Assembly: GCA_016432625.1 (NCBI GenBank)
Contig: CP066697.1
Location: 17,415-81,414, forward strand
DNA length: 64,000 nucleotides
Source: Candidatus Berkelbacteria bacterium
GTDB taxonomy: Bacteria; Patescibacteriota; UBA1384; 2-12-FULL-50-11
Reading direction: 5' to 3'
Made by a program: the position numbers and the translations under genes
The notes under the pieces: model-generated
The model's input: the letters and a program-made list of their open reading frames with translations, nothing else
Database searches by the model: none
What the model was told of the DNA's origin: nothing
In this document: piece by piece, positions 28,857 to 37,575 of the stretch
Layout: every line of letters starts with the position of its first letter
Position numbering within the stretch: the first letter of the stretch is position 1

Positions 28857-28879
28857 AGGCCACTAGGCGACTCTTCCAA
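28857..28879 (-). repeat. Exact 23-nt copy of the tRNA-Ser 5' end (acceptor 5' strand + D-arm), ~80 nt upstream of the tRNA
   Basis: AGGCCACTAGGCGACTCTTCCA is identical at 28757-28779 and 28857-28879. Confidence 0.6.
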
Positions 28880-28945
28880 GACAAACTCTCAAAGTCCTTT
28901 GTATTCTAACCTATTTTCAGGTTAAAATGCAGCCCAGGAGCGCCA

Positions 28946-30730
28946 CTGAACGAAATTGAGGAAGTTAAATCTCGAATTGACATCGTTGACCTAATTGGCC
29001 AATACGTTGCCTTGCGCAAAGCTGGGGCAAATTACAAGTGTATCTGCCCGTTCCATCAGGAGAAAACTCCTTCGATGATGGTTAGCCCGCAAAAACAGAT
29101 ATGGAAATGTTTTGGCTGCGGCCGTGGCGGCGACCACTATAAATTCATAATGGAGGCGGAACACCTTGAGTTTGGTGACGCTCTGCGCTTGCTTGCAAGT
29201 AAAGCTGGAGTTGCATTGCAGCCACGCACTCAAGCCGAGCACCAAACCCGGGATAACAAAGAAACGCTTTATACGATTAATAATTTGTCGTCGAGAGTCT
29301 TCCACAAAATTTTAACAGAGCAGCCAGCGGCCAAAAAAGCACTTGAGTACTTGAAGAAGCGTAGGTTGAGCGATGAAACGATCAGAAAATTTCAAATCGG
29401 CTTTGCGCCCCGCCGTTTTGATCTGCGGGGATTTTTAATAAAGCGGGGCTACAAGACGACGGATATCGCTAAAGCCGGAAATCCGGACAAGTTCTTCGAG
29501 CGCATTACCTTCCCGATTTACGACGTGCTTGGCCATACGATTGCGTTTACGGGTCGGGCGCTCGGCGATACTCAGCCGAAGTATCTGAACTCACCCGACA
29601 CGCCGCTTTTCAGTAAGAGTCGGACAATTTATGGTCTAAATTTTGCTAAAGGTGCCATCAAAGACAGGGATTACGTTGTCCTAGTTGAGGGACAGATGGA
29701 TGTTATCGCCTTGCATCAAGCGGGCGTCGAGCAGACGGTTGCCTCTTCTGGAACGGCTATTACCGAAACACAAATTCAGACCTTGAGTAAATACACGCCG
29801 AACTTCTTACTCGCGTTCGATAACGACGAAGCGGGTCGAACAACGACCAAGAAAGTTATCGAGATGCTCCTGCGCCTGGACTTGAATGGTAAAGTCGTTG
29901 AGTTTGGTGACTATAAAGATGCGGGCGAGCTGTTCGAGGGTGATGGCGGTAAGCACTGGGCGGAATTTGTTAAAAATGCCAAGGAAGGTTTGGAGTGGTT
30001 TCTCAGTCAAGAAATCAAACGGGCCGGGGATATGAAATTTATCGAGAATAAAAAGAAAGTCGTCAAAGCGATGCTGCCGATTCTCACTCTTGTCACGGAG
30101 CCGACGCGCCTCGATCATTACACTCAACGCTTATCGGTGGCACTGGGAATTAAGACGGAGGCCGTCTATGAGGCGCTGAAGAAAGCAGCGGCCCCTAAAG
30201 AGACAAGTCCGGTTTCGCCTAACCCGAAAGTCGCAGACATTCATCTGACAAACGAAGATCAGCTACTGGCAGTAGCGCTAGCTAGAATAGATTTACTGAT
30301 GCCGTACAAGGAGAAATTCGACAACGTTTCATGGCAGAGTGAGGATGCTTCAAAGATCGCGGATGAGATAAAAAAGCTGTTTGCCAAACCCGCGGGGCTT
30401 GGAAAGTCATCCAAGGAAGACTATACTGATAAAACTTTGACGAAAACCCCGTCTCAGTTTCTCTCTCGGGTGAAAACAAGCCTTGACTCACGATTAAGTG
30501 AGAAGATCGATTCGTGGCAATTTTGGCACTCTAACCAGTGGGGCGAGATGAGTGACGAGCTTGGGCGCGAATTGATCGAAGAAAAACTTGGTCAGTTATC
30601 GACGCTGGATTATGAACGACGAAAAGTTGAGCTTGCCCTACAAATTCGTCGTGCCCAGGAGAAGAACGATCTTGAAGGGGTCAAAAATTTAATGAAACAA
30701 CTAAGTGAATTGGCAAAGGAGCGCGGGTGA
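28946..30730 (+). CDS. dnaG: DNA primase DnaG
   Basis: Zn-ribbon 'CPFHQEKTPSMMVSPQKQIWKCFGCGRGGD', TOPRIM 'VLVEGQMDVIALHQAG'. The conserved N-terminus 'LNEIEEVKSRIDIVDLIGQYV' lies upstream of the ORF-track TTG (29012) with no in-frame ATG/GTG, so the start is probably the CTG at 28946 (AGGAG 5 nt upstream) or another non-canonical codon. Confidence 0.8.
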   Translation: MNEIEEVKSRIDIVDLIGQYVALRKAGANYKCICPFHQEKTPSMMVSPQKQIWKCFGCGRGGDHYKFIMEAEHLEFGDALRLLASKAGVALQPRTQAEHQTRDNKETLYTINNLSSRVFHKILTEQPAAKKALEYLKKRRLSDETIRKFQIGFAPRRFDLRGFLIKRGYKTTDIAKAGNPDKFFERITFPIYDVLGHTIAFTGRALGDTQPKYLNSPDTPLFSKSRTIYGLNFAKGAIKDRDYVVLVEGQMDVIALHQAGVEQTVASSGTAITETQIQTLSKYTPNFLLAFDNDEAGRTTTKKVIEMLLRLDLNGKVVEFGDYKDAGELFEGDGGKHWAEFVKNAKEGLEWFLSQEIKRAGDMKFIENKKKVVKAMLPILTLVTEPTRLDHYTQRLSVALGIKTEAVYEALKKAAAPKETSPVSPNPKVADIHLTNEDQLLAVALARIDLLMPYKEKFDNVSWQSEDASKIADEIKKLFAKPAGLGKSSKEDYTDKTLTKTPSQFLSRVKTSLDSRLSEKIDSWQFWHSNQWGEMSDELGRELIEEKLGQLSTLDYERRKVELALQIRRAQEKNDLEGVKNLMKQLSELAKERG

Positions 30731-30856
30731 GATGTCGACAATAACTTTTCGGCCGCGTCAAAAATCCGCTAATTTTTGCGCTCCCGCTCGACTAGTCGTC
30801 TCGGCGAAGCCGAAAAATTATTGCCAACTATAGAAGGAAATAAAAGGAGCTAAATT

Positions 30857-31969
30857 ATGGCAAAAGCTGTGCCGAAAAAAATAAAACAAGACGCCGGGGT
30901 AAGTTTCCCGGAGGAATTAATGTACTTAATCCGAAAGGGCCGACAGCACGGCTTTGTGACTTATAAAGAAATTGTCCAAGCTTATCCAGAGCCGGAAAAA
31001 GACTTGGAGATGATCGACGCTTTCATCCGTTACTTAGCGACAATTGGTGTGGAGATACGCGAGGCAAAACCGCTGCTCGAGATTCCAGCCGAAGGGGACG
31101 CGAAGAAAAAGCACGACAAAGATGACGATCTGACTGGTCTCGGCGAAGATTCGGTGCGTATGTACCTACGCGAGATTGGCCAATACCCGCTACTTACACC
31201 GGACGAAGAAGTGCGGCTGGCAAAACGTATCGAACGCGGCGACAAAGCTGCCAAGCGCCGTCTGACCGAAGCAAACTTGCGTCTGGTAGTTTCGATTGCC
31301 AAGAAATACATCGGCCGCGGTTTATCGCTCTTGGATCTAGTGCAAGAAGGTAACTTAGGTCTCCAGAGGGCAGTGGAAAAATTTGATTACAAGAAAGGTT
31401 TTAAATTCTCGACGTACGCAACATGGTGGATTCGCCAGGCGATTACCCGCGCCATCGCCGACCAAGCCCGTGTCATTCGTATCCCGGTTCACATGGTGGA
31501 AACAATCAACCGCTACATGAGGGTCCAGCGCGAGCTGCAGCAAGAACTTGGTCGCGAGCCGACCTACGATGAGCTGGCTAAAAAGCTCGGCATTGAGGTC
31601 GAGAAATTGGAACATATTATGAAGATCTCGCAAGATATTGTTTCGCTTGAAGCGCCAGTTGGCGAAGAGAACGACTCAACGCTTGGTGAGTTCATCGAAG
31701 ACAAGCAGCAGATGTCGCCCGAGGAGCAGGCTATTTATCAATTAATGAAAGGCCACGTTCAGGAATCCTTATCAATCCTAACGCCCCGCGAGCAAAAGAT
31801 CTTGCGAATGCGTTTTGGGCTGGATGACGGCGGCAAAACCCATACTCTGGAAGAAGTCGGCAAGGAATTCGGTGTCACCCGCGAACGTATCCGTCAGATT
31901 GAAGCAAAAGCTTTGCAAAAATTAAAGAAAAACGAAGAGTCCTCGCGTCTGCGTGACTATTTGACCTAA
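30857..31969 (+). CDS. rpoD: RNA polymerase sigma factor RpoD (compact, 370 aa)
   Basis: Regions 1.2-4.2 present: '[44 protein letters not shown]' (region 2) and '[24 protein letters not shown]' (region 4.2). Confidence 0.9.
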   Translation: MAKAVPKKIKQDAGVSFPEELMYLIRKGRQHGFVTYKEIVQAYPEPEKDLEMIDAFIRYLATIGVEIREAKPLLEIPAEGDAKKKHDKDDDLTGLGEDSVRMYLREIGQYPLLTPDEEVRLAKRIERGDKAAKRRLTEANLRLVVSIAKKYIGRGLSLLDLVQEGNLGLQRAVEKFDYKKGFKFSTYATWWIRQAITRAIADQARVIRIPVHMVETINRYMRVQRELQQELGREPTYDELAKKLGIEVEKLEHIMKISQDIVSLEAPVGEENDSTLGEFIEDKQQMSPEEQAIYQLMKGHVQESLSILTPREQKILRMRFGLDDGGKTHTLEEVGKEFGVTRERIRQIEAKALQKLKKNEESSRLRDYLT

Positions 31970-32017
31970 GCTATCGCTCTCGCTTTTGCTTCACTTCTTG
32001 CCCTACGGCTCGCAGTT

Positions 32018-32086
32018 GCAGCGAAAGCCTTGCAGAAACTAAAAAAGCACGAGGAATCCTCGCGCTTGCGTGACTACTTAACTTAA
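32018..32086 (+). repeat. Diverged 69-nt duplicate of the rpoD 3' end (encodes [22 protein letters not shown])
   Basis: Aligns codon-for-codon with 31901-31969: 15 nucleotide differences, 13 synonymous and 2 non-synonymous, including a preserved stop. Confidence 0.6.
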
Positions 32087-32091
32087 ATCTA

Positions 32092-32125
32092 GGCAAAAGA
32101 AGAGGCGGCCCCTTGCGGGGCCGCC
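32092..32125 (-). terminator. Rho-independent terminator of the 32170..33513 gene
   Basis: 9-bp GGCGGCCCC/GGGGCCGCC stem with TTGC loop, followed on the minus strand by TCTTCTTTTGCC. Confidence 0.5.
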
Positions 32126-32169
32126 CATTCGGACGTGGCAGCCGAAACACTAGGAGTGTCGCGGTTGCA

Positions 32170-33513
32170 TTAGGTGTAGTCGAAGGTGCCAGCGAGGGCG
32201 CTCGTGCCGTCACGATTGACGACGTGGACCCTGTAGGTTCCCGGGTGGGCTACGAGAGGAGTCTTGCCCTCGATCGCGTCGGCGTAGTACTTGAGGTTGG
32301 TTGCCTGGTAAACGGCACCAGTCCCAGCACCGACAATCTCCTCGAAGACCACCTTCGTTCGGCGGCCGTGGCCGGTGACCATGATCGAGAAGGCGTCACC
32401 GCCCGCGATCGGTCCGGTTATTGTGTCGATGTTCCTCGTGACCGTCGGCGGCGGCGCAGGCGTGTTGCGTGCTGCCATCCAACCTCCGATGAACGGAACG
32501 CCAACCTTGAGGATAAACCACGCAAGGCCAAGGCTGAGGATTACGACGACGAACCAAAGCCAATTGGCGACGAGCCAGTTGATGGCGATGTCGTACCAGG
32601 CCGGGCCCGAAGGCTCGGTCGGCTGCTCCTCGGTTGGCGTGCTGGTTGTTCCGCCAGTGCTTTCCTCGGTCGTCGGTACCGACGTGGTGGTGTAGTCAAT
32701 GTTCGAGTCGTAGCCGCCTTTGGCGAGATACGCTTCGACGTTTGACTGCCGGTTGTTCAGGCGCTGGATCGGCTTCTCGCCGAGCGTGTCCTTGGCAACC
32801 GACCAATCGTCGATCATCGCTGGCATCGGGCCGGTGCCGTTTTTGCCGTACTGCTCGTTTAGCCACTTGATGGCGTTGCGAGCACCGGCGATCTCGGATA
32901 GCGCTTCATGGTTCGTTTTGTACCACTGGGCGATATCTTTGATCTTGGCGACCTTCTCGACCTCACCGAGCCACGCAGAGAGCTTAAGACCCTCCTTAGT
33001 GGTGGCGGCGCGGTTACCGGACGACTTAGCGGACTTGTAAGCGCTGCTTCGCCGGTTCACTTCCCGCTTGATGCGGTTAGAGACTCGGGCGCGTTCGCGC
33101 TCGGCAGCAAGGCGTTCGGCCTCGTTCCGGGCATCGACGGCCGCCTTCTCAGCAGCTCTCAGACGCTCGATCTCGTTCTTGGCGCTTTCGAGCTCGAAGC
33201 GGATGCTCTCGATATCGCTTTTGCCAAGTCCGTTGCCCTCGCCGGTACCGCCTTTGGTGTGGTCGATGACGCAGTCCTCTTGACCGCACGTCTCGCACAT
33301 CTTGTGAGCTTTCTCACAGTCCCAGTGCCCTTGCGAGCACTGCGAGTGCATTTTTGTGCAGTCGGGGACCGGGCAGTCCGGTCGGTTGCAAGCGTGAGTC
33401 TGCTTGGTTGGAGGCGGAGTCTGCTGTTGCTGACCCCACTCATCGGGGATTTTCTGGGCTGTCGCGAAAGTCGCGACGAGCACGATGACGAATAGAGCGA
33501 TTAACTTTCGCAT
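32170..33513 (-). CDS. Secreted/surface protein: signal peptide, Cys/His-rich module, coiled coil, Thr/Pro-rich linker, TM helix, C-terminal beta-rich domain
   Basis: 'MRKLIALFVIVLVATFATAQ' signal; 'CNRPDCPVPDCTKMHSQCSQGHWDCEKAHKMCETCGQEDC' (10 Cys / 4 His in 40 aa); 'ERLRAAEKAAVDARNEAERLAAERERA' coiled coil; 'TTTSVPTTEESTGGTTSTPTEEQPTEPSGP' linker; TM 'LWFVVVILSLGLAWFIL'; GC-rich. Confidence 0.5.
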   Translation of the reverse strand: MRKLIALFVIVLVATFATAQKIPDEWGQQQQTPPPTKQTHACNRPDCPVPDCTKMHSQCSQGHWDCEKAHKMCETCGQEDCVIDHTKGGTGEGNGLGKSDIESIRFELESAKNEIERLRAAEKAAVDARNEAERLAAERERARVSNRIKREVNRRSSAYKSAKSSGNRAATTKEGLKLSAWLGEVEKVAKIKDIAQWYKTNHEALSEIAGARNAIKWLNEQYGKNGTGPMPAMIDDWSVAKDTLGEKPIQRLNNRQSNVEAYLAKGGYDSNIDYTTTSVPTTEESTGGTTSTPTEEQPTEPSGPAWYDIAINWLVANWLWFVVVILSLGLAWFILKVGVPFIGGWMAARNTPAPPPTVTRNIDTITGPIAGGDAFSIMVTGHGRRTKVVFEEIVGAGTGAVYQATNLKYYADAIEGKTPLVAHPGTYRVHVVNRDGTSALAGTFDYT

Positions 33514-33584
33514 GTTCTGTTTCTCCTAGTTTTTGGCTGTGTGCCACGCTGCGCTTCCCGTCGGGTTACGCAGTGTCGGGCGCG

Positions 33585-33613
33585 AGTATAACAGGTATAG
33601 CCCCAGAAGTCAA
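33585..33613 (-). promoter_or_regulatory. Strong sigma-70-like promoter (TTGACT-17-TATACT) for the 32170..33513 gene
   Basis: Minus-strand reading gives TTGACTtctggggctatacctgtTATACT ~65 nt upstream of the ATG. Confidence 0.45.
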
Positions 33614-33638
33614 CGGTTTAGGGCGGGGAAATTAATAG

Positions 33639-34412
33639 CTATTTCAGGATGCCAATGAGGCAACCAAACCGACCTTCGGGCGTTTTATCTTGCTCACTGC
33701 GACGATGCGAATAGAATTTTTTGTTTTTACGGGTGTCGATACCGCTGTTTTCGATATTTTTCGGGTCAATCCCGGCTTCAGCTAGCTGATCGAGAGCGAA
33801 TTTAATCCAATCGGCTTGGAACTGGTTGCCCACCTTCTTTATATACGGCTTCCAGGCTTTCAGCCGTTCAGGGCTAATCTCATGAAAATCTTTAAAAAGT
33901 GAGGACTCTTTCTGCAGTGCGGGCGAGAGACCGACGATGATCTTCGAGGCGTCGCAGTTGAACTTTTTAACCATATATTCTACGGCCAACTGAGGAACTT
34001 CTTTGTCTACGCCCCGCCAACCGCAGTGAACCAAGCCGCAAACCCGTTTTTCAGGTTCAAACAGAAAAAGCGCCAGACAATCGCCCACAATGACGAACAG
34101 GTAAGTACCCGGAGAAGTGGTGAAAAAGCCGTCGCCAGCAATTCCCTCGGAGGGGCTATCTATCCCCCGTCCTCGATCTGTTGCGTCTAAATCATAAAAC
34201 TTCTTACCACCAACAACCTGCGTGGCGACGACGTCGTGTTCGTTAATCCCTAAATCCTTAAAAAATAGACGTCGTTTGTCTCGTACATCCTTGGCGGTTT
34301 GCTGATTGTTTTCGGCCCATTTATAGGACAAATTACCGTAATCTGTCGTCGAGATGCCATGCACAATATTCGGTAGTTTTGAGAACTGCTTAAAACGAAG
34401 AAGGCCCATCAT
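33639..34412 (-). CDS. pgeF: YfiH/PgeF (DUF152) purine-nucleoside phosphorylase / peptidoglycan editing factor family
   Basis: 'GDCLALFLFEPEKRVCGLVHCGWRG' catalytic Cys/His motif; N-terminal 'HGISTTDYGNLS'. Confidence 0.75.
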   Translation of the reverse strand: MMGLLRFKQFSKLPNIVHGISTTDYGNLSYKWAENNQQTAKDVRDKRRLFFKDLGINEHDVVATQVVGGKKFYDLDATDRGRGIDSPSEGIAGDGFFTTSPGTYLFVIVGDCLALFLFEPEKRVCGLVHCGWRGVDKEVPQLAVEYMVKKFNCDASKIIVGLSPALQKESSLFKDFHEISPERLKAWKPYIKKVGNQFQADWIKFALDQLAEAGIDPKNIENSGIDTRKNKKFYSHRRSEQDKTPEGRFGCLIGILK

Positions 34413-34447
34413 GCTTCGTAGTGTAGCAGATGGGCCTTCGGTTTGGG

Positions 34448-34735
34448 TCAGTCACCTGAACCCAAAGTCATGACTTCTCGTAGCTCGCTCTCAAGCGTCG
34501 CCTTCTCCTGCGGGTTGGTTTCCCGCTTGATTGCCTCGACGAGGCAGTCGCGGGCGTCGCCGTATTGGCAACGCTCGAAGTTGTGACGCGCGAGCAACGA
34601 ATGAAAGATCGATTCGTTCGGACATTGTTTGGCAGCGTGACGCAGCCACTTGCTGTCGAACGGTACTTCTCCCTGGGCCATGCCTTGGGCTCGGTAAACG
34701 AAAGGTACGGAACCAGCTAATCCTGCCATGTTCAT
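34448..34735 (-). CDS. Hypothetical small protein
   Basis: 95-aa ORF with no recognised domain; co-directional with lysS. Confidence 0.3.
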   Translation of the reverse strand: MNMAGLAGSVPFVYRAQGMAQGEVPFDSKWLRHAAKQCPNESIFHSLLARHNFERCQYGDARDCLVEAIKRETNPQEKATLESELREVMTLGSGD

Positions 34736-34811
34736 CTCCTGTAACTGCTCGACTTAGGCAGTGGTGGCGTTACTCTACCAAGTTTAGCGTATTTTGTCGA
34801 GACGATATGCT

Positions 34812-36275
34812 CTACTTTTTTGGTCGAAGAGTCGGGAACGGGATTACTTCCTTGATCGAATGTTGGTCGGTTAGCAGCATTACCAGGCGCTCAATGCCTA
34901 AGCCCCACCCGGCCGTCGGCGGCATGCCGAATTTCAAGGCTTCAATAAAGTTCTCGTCGAGCATCTGTGCCTCTTCCCAGCCGGCGTCTCTCATCTTCAT
35001 CTGTTCGCGGAAACGGGCCTCTTGGTCGATCGGGTCGTTCAGCTCTGAATAGGCCTTCACTAACTCAAAGCCGCCCGCGGCGATTAGTTGAAATTGTTCG
35101 GCCAGTTCTGGATTGGCACGATGGCGTTTAGCGAGCGGCTGCAAGGCGATTGGGTAATCAATGACGAAAGTTGGCTGCATTATCTTGTCGCGGCAGACTT
35201 TTTTGAATAACTCGTCGACAAGCTCACTCCACACGCTAATTTTTTGATTCTCAAAAGTTATTTTTTTCTCATCGACGGCTTTTTTGAGGTCTTTAAAATC
35301 AGTCAGTTTTTCGATATCAATCCCGGTGTCTTCACGGACAATCTCAACGTATTTTCTGACAGCGAAGTCACGAGAGAAATCGATCGTCTGGCCTTGGTAT
35401 TTGACTTTGAGCGAACCCGTAACTTTTTTGACTAACTCTTGGACTAGCGTCTGAGTCGCTGCCATAAAGCCCACATAATCCTGATACGCCCAGTACGCCT
35501 CGGCTGAATAGAACTCCGGGTTATGAATGTGAGACAGGCCTTCGTTACGAAAACTTGGCCCGATCTCAAAAACTCGGTTAAACCCACCGGCCACCAGTCG
35601 TTTTAAGTAAAGTTCAGGCGCAATACGTAAATAAAAATCTGCCTCCAAAGCGTTATAGCGTGTCTTGAATGGTTTGGCGGCCGCTCCGCCGGGGATTGGT
35701 TGCAGAATCGGTGTGTGGACTTCCAAAAATCCGTGACGGATAAAAAACTCGCGAATGAGTTCAACGACCTTGCCACGAACCTCGATCAAATGACGAGCGT
35801 TTTCGTTGATCTTGAAATCGAGCGCCCGCGAGCGATAACGCGTTTCAACGTCCGACAAGCCATGCCAGTGTTCCGGAATAGGCAGCAGGGATTTTGAGAG
35901 CAGCGCATATTCTTTAACTTTTAGGGTCATCTCCCCAGCTTTTGTGGTAAATAATTCGCCGCTGGCCCAGAGAAAATCGCCGACGTCGAGTAGCGCTAAA
36001 TGTGAGTAGTCTTTATCCCCAATCTCATCCTGCTTGAAGTAAGCCTGCAGTTTGTCGCCTTCGTCAACGAGGTCAAAAAATGTTGATTTGCCGTGGCCAC
36101 GGATGCCGGAGACGCGTCCAACGATTGCTACCTTGGCGCCATCTTTTTTTTGCCTGGCTTCGTTAAGGGTTAGGTGTTCTGGCACGACGGCAGGGTATGG
36201 GTTAACGCCGAGCTTTTGCAGCTGCTGAAGTTTGTCTAGACGTATCTCGCTTTCCGGCCGTGCCTGCTGATTCAT
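34812..36275 (-). CDS. lysS: Lysine--tRNA ligase (class II)
   Basis: OB anticodon-binding N-domain and class II motifs 1-3 ('GMPPTAGWGLGIERLVMLL'). Confidence 0.9.
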   Translation of the reverse strand: MNQQARPESEIRLDKLQQLQKLGVNPYPAVVPEHLTLNEARQKKDGAKVAIVGRVSGIRGHGKSTFFDLVDEGDKLQAYFKQDEIGDKDYSHLALLDVGDFLWASGELFTTKAGEMTLKVKEYALLSKSLLPIPEHWHGLSDVETRYRSRALDFKINENARHLIEVRGKVVELIREFFIRHGFLEVHTPILQPIPGGAAAKPFKTRYNALEADFYLRIAPELYLKRLVAGGFNRVFEIGPSFRNEGLSHIHNPEFYSAEAYWAYQDYVGFMAATQTLVQELVKKVTGSLKVKYQGQTIDFSRDFAVRKYVEIVREDTGIDIEKLTDFKDLKKAVDEKKITFENQKISVWSELVDELFKKVCRDKIMQPTFVIDYPIALQPLAKRHRANPELAEQFQLIAAGGFELVKAYSELNDPIDQEARFREQMKMRDAGWEEAQMLDENFIEALKFGMPPTAGWGLGIERLVMLLTDQHSIKEVIPFPTLRPKK

Positions 36276-36312
36276 CCCTGTTAGTTTACCAAACCTAGAA
36301 ACTGGCGGCTAA

Positions 36313-37413
36313 TTAGTTAGCGGCTACGGCTGGCTTTTTCTGCCAGTCGCCGGTCTGGGTGTTGAGAAGGGCGAAGAGAGAGACGGCCCGAATGTCTGGC
36401 GTCGCGAAGGCATACTGCATCACTCGGTCGTTACCAATTCCGTAACCAGCGTGAGGGTTAGTCTTTTGCGCCTTCATGATATTTAGGTACCAGGCAAAAT
36501 CTTCGTAGGTGCCGCCCCGCTCGAGGTGAAGCTTAAACATTGTCGAGGCCTTCAGTCTCTCATCGAGGCGTTCAAACTCGTGCTCTCGCACCGCTGAGCC
36601 AACGCCTTCGCCGGAATACGGGAGGATGAGATCGGCAGACAGGGCAACCCTAGAGTCTTTGGAGGAAGTTTTCATGTTGAAGAACTTTATTTCTTTTGGG
36701 TATTTCATGATGAAGACTGGCAATTCCTCTCCCGCGGCGTTAAGTAGCGCCACGACTTTTGCCTCTTCATTTGATTCGAGATCGTCCCCGAATTTTAAGT
36801 TTGGAAAGCCATTATCCTTGAGCAGCGCAATTGCTTCCTCGTACTCTATTCTAAGGAACGGTTTACTCAGCGCTTGCTCGAGTTTTTTTACGTTGCGACC
36901 GTAGCGAGCGAGAGTGTTAGATTCGGCTTGAAGCGCGCTTGCGACCATGGCGCGAATCGCGTTCTGGATGTGCTCAAGTAACGCCTCGTACATTCTGTCC
37001 TCGTCGTAGCTCTCCCTAGCCATTCCAGCCAAGGTGCAGTCAAACTCTTCCTCAATTAGCCGAAACTGTCTCAAATGACGACTGTCTTCCTTCTCTTCGT
37101 CGCGACCGGAATGAATAATCGTGCAAACACCAGGCAGCGTTTGAAGTGCTTGCTCTAAAGATAATTGGCCAGTTTGGGCGAAAAATAGCGGCACTTCGGT
37201 TCGGCTGCCCACCCGAAAAAGCGTGTCGATATTCTCGCAGGCTCCTGTGATGCCAACGATTGCCGGCACGTCGACGTACGTTAAGCCACATTTTCGGTAA
37301 TGCTCGAGCACGCCACTTGTCATCGCTTCGTTAACCTTTGCCAGCGCGCGAAAGTGCTCGTTGAAATCAACCTCGATCTTCTTTCCCCCGACCCGTAGGC
37401 CAATCTTGTTCAT
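36313..37413 (-). CDS. Class IIb aaRS catalytic-core paralog without anticodon-binding domain (archaeal-type asparagine synthetase A-like)
   Basis: Motif 1-like 'PLFFAQTGQLSLEQA', motif 2 'DSRHLRQFRLIEEEF', motif 3 'GYGIGNDRVMQYAF'; no N-terminal OB fold; AGGAGGAGG RBS. Confidence 0.5.
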   Translation of the reverse strand: MNKIGLRVGGKKIEVDFNEHFRALAKVNEAMTSGVLEHYRKCGLTYVDVPAIVGITGACENIDTLFRVGSRTEVPLFFAQTGQLSLEQALQTLPGVCTIIHSGRDEEKEDSRHLRQFRLIEEEFDCTLAGMARESYDEDRMYEALLEHIQNAIRAMVASALQAESNTLARYGRNVKKLEQALSKPFLRIEYEEAIALLKDNGFPNLKFGDDLESNEEAKVVALLNAAGEELPVFIMKYPKEIKFFNMKTSSKDSRVALSADLILPYSGEGVGSAVREHEFERLDERLKASTMFKLHLERGGTYEDFAWYLNIMKAQKTNPHAGYGIGNDRVMQYAFATPDIRAVSLFALLNTQTGDWQKKPAVAAN

Positions 37414-37432
37414 CTTCCTCCTCCTAAAATTG

Positions 37433-37458
37433 GGTAAAAAAAAGAGGCCAAAAGCCTC
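37433..37458 (-). terminator. Hairpin + U8 terminator/attenuator between rmuC and the AsnA-like gene
   Basis: Minus strand GAGGC-TTTTG-GCCTC followed by TTTTTTTT, then the RBS and ATG of the AsnA-like gene 20 nt later. Confidence 0.4.
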
Positions 37459-37495
37459 AAATTGTCTCGCCCTTATTTTTCTTATGTCTATTCAT
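37457..37495 (-). other. Putative 12-codon leader ORF (MNRHKKNKGETI*) whose stop overlaps the terminator stem
   Basis: Lies between a TTGACA-17-TAGCGT promoter-like element (37520..37548, minus) and the terminator; 3 Lys + 2 Asn in 12 codons. Confidence 0.25.
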
Positions 37496-37575
37496 AATTC
37501 TTATTGCACCCTTGTAGACGCTACGCATTTGGGTTGCGGCTGTCAAGCGTCGCTCCCCTTGATTGGCAGCGGAAA

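Noticed and set aside
32113-33495. Several + strand ORFs (32113..32745, 32375..32695, 32908..33495) opposite the Cys-rich surface protein gene
   Set aside because: Arg/Ala/Gly-rich low-complexity translations typical of antisense frames in high-GC DNA; the minus-strand gene has a signal peptide, promoter and terminator
34531-35052. 173-aa + strand ORF spanning the 34448..34735 gene and the lysS 3' end
   Set aside because: Arg-rich antisense frame overlapping lysS, which is unambiguous
37414-37575. T-box riboswitch upstream of the AsnA-like/lysS genes
   Set aside because: Only a weak AGGGTG match; the leader (~100 nt) is too short for Stem I and specifier, and no conserved T-box antiterminator is present
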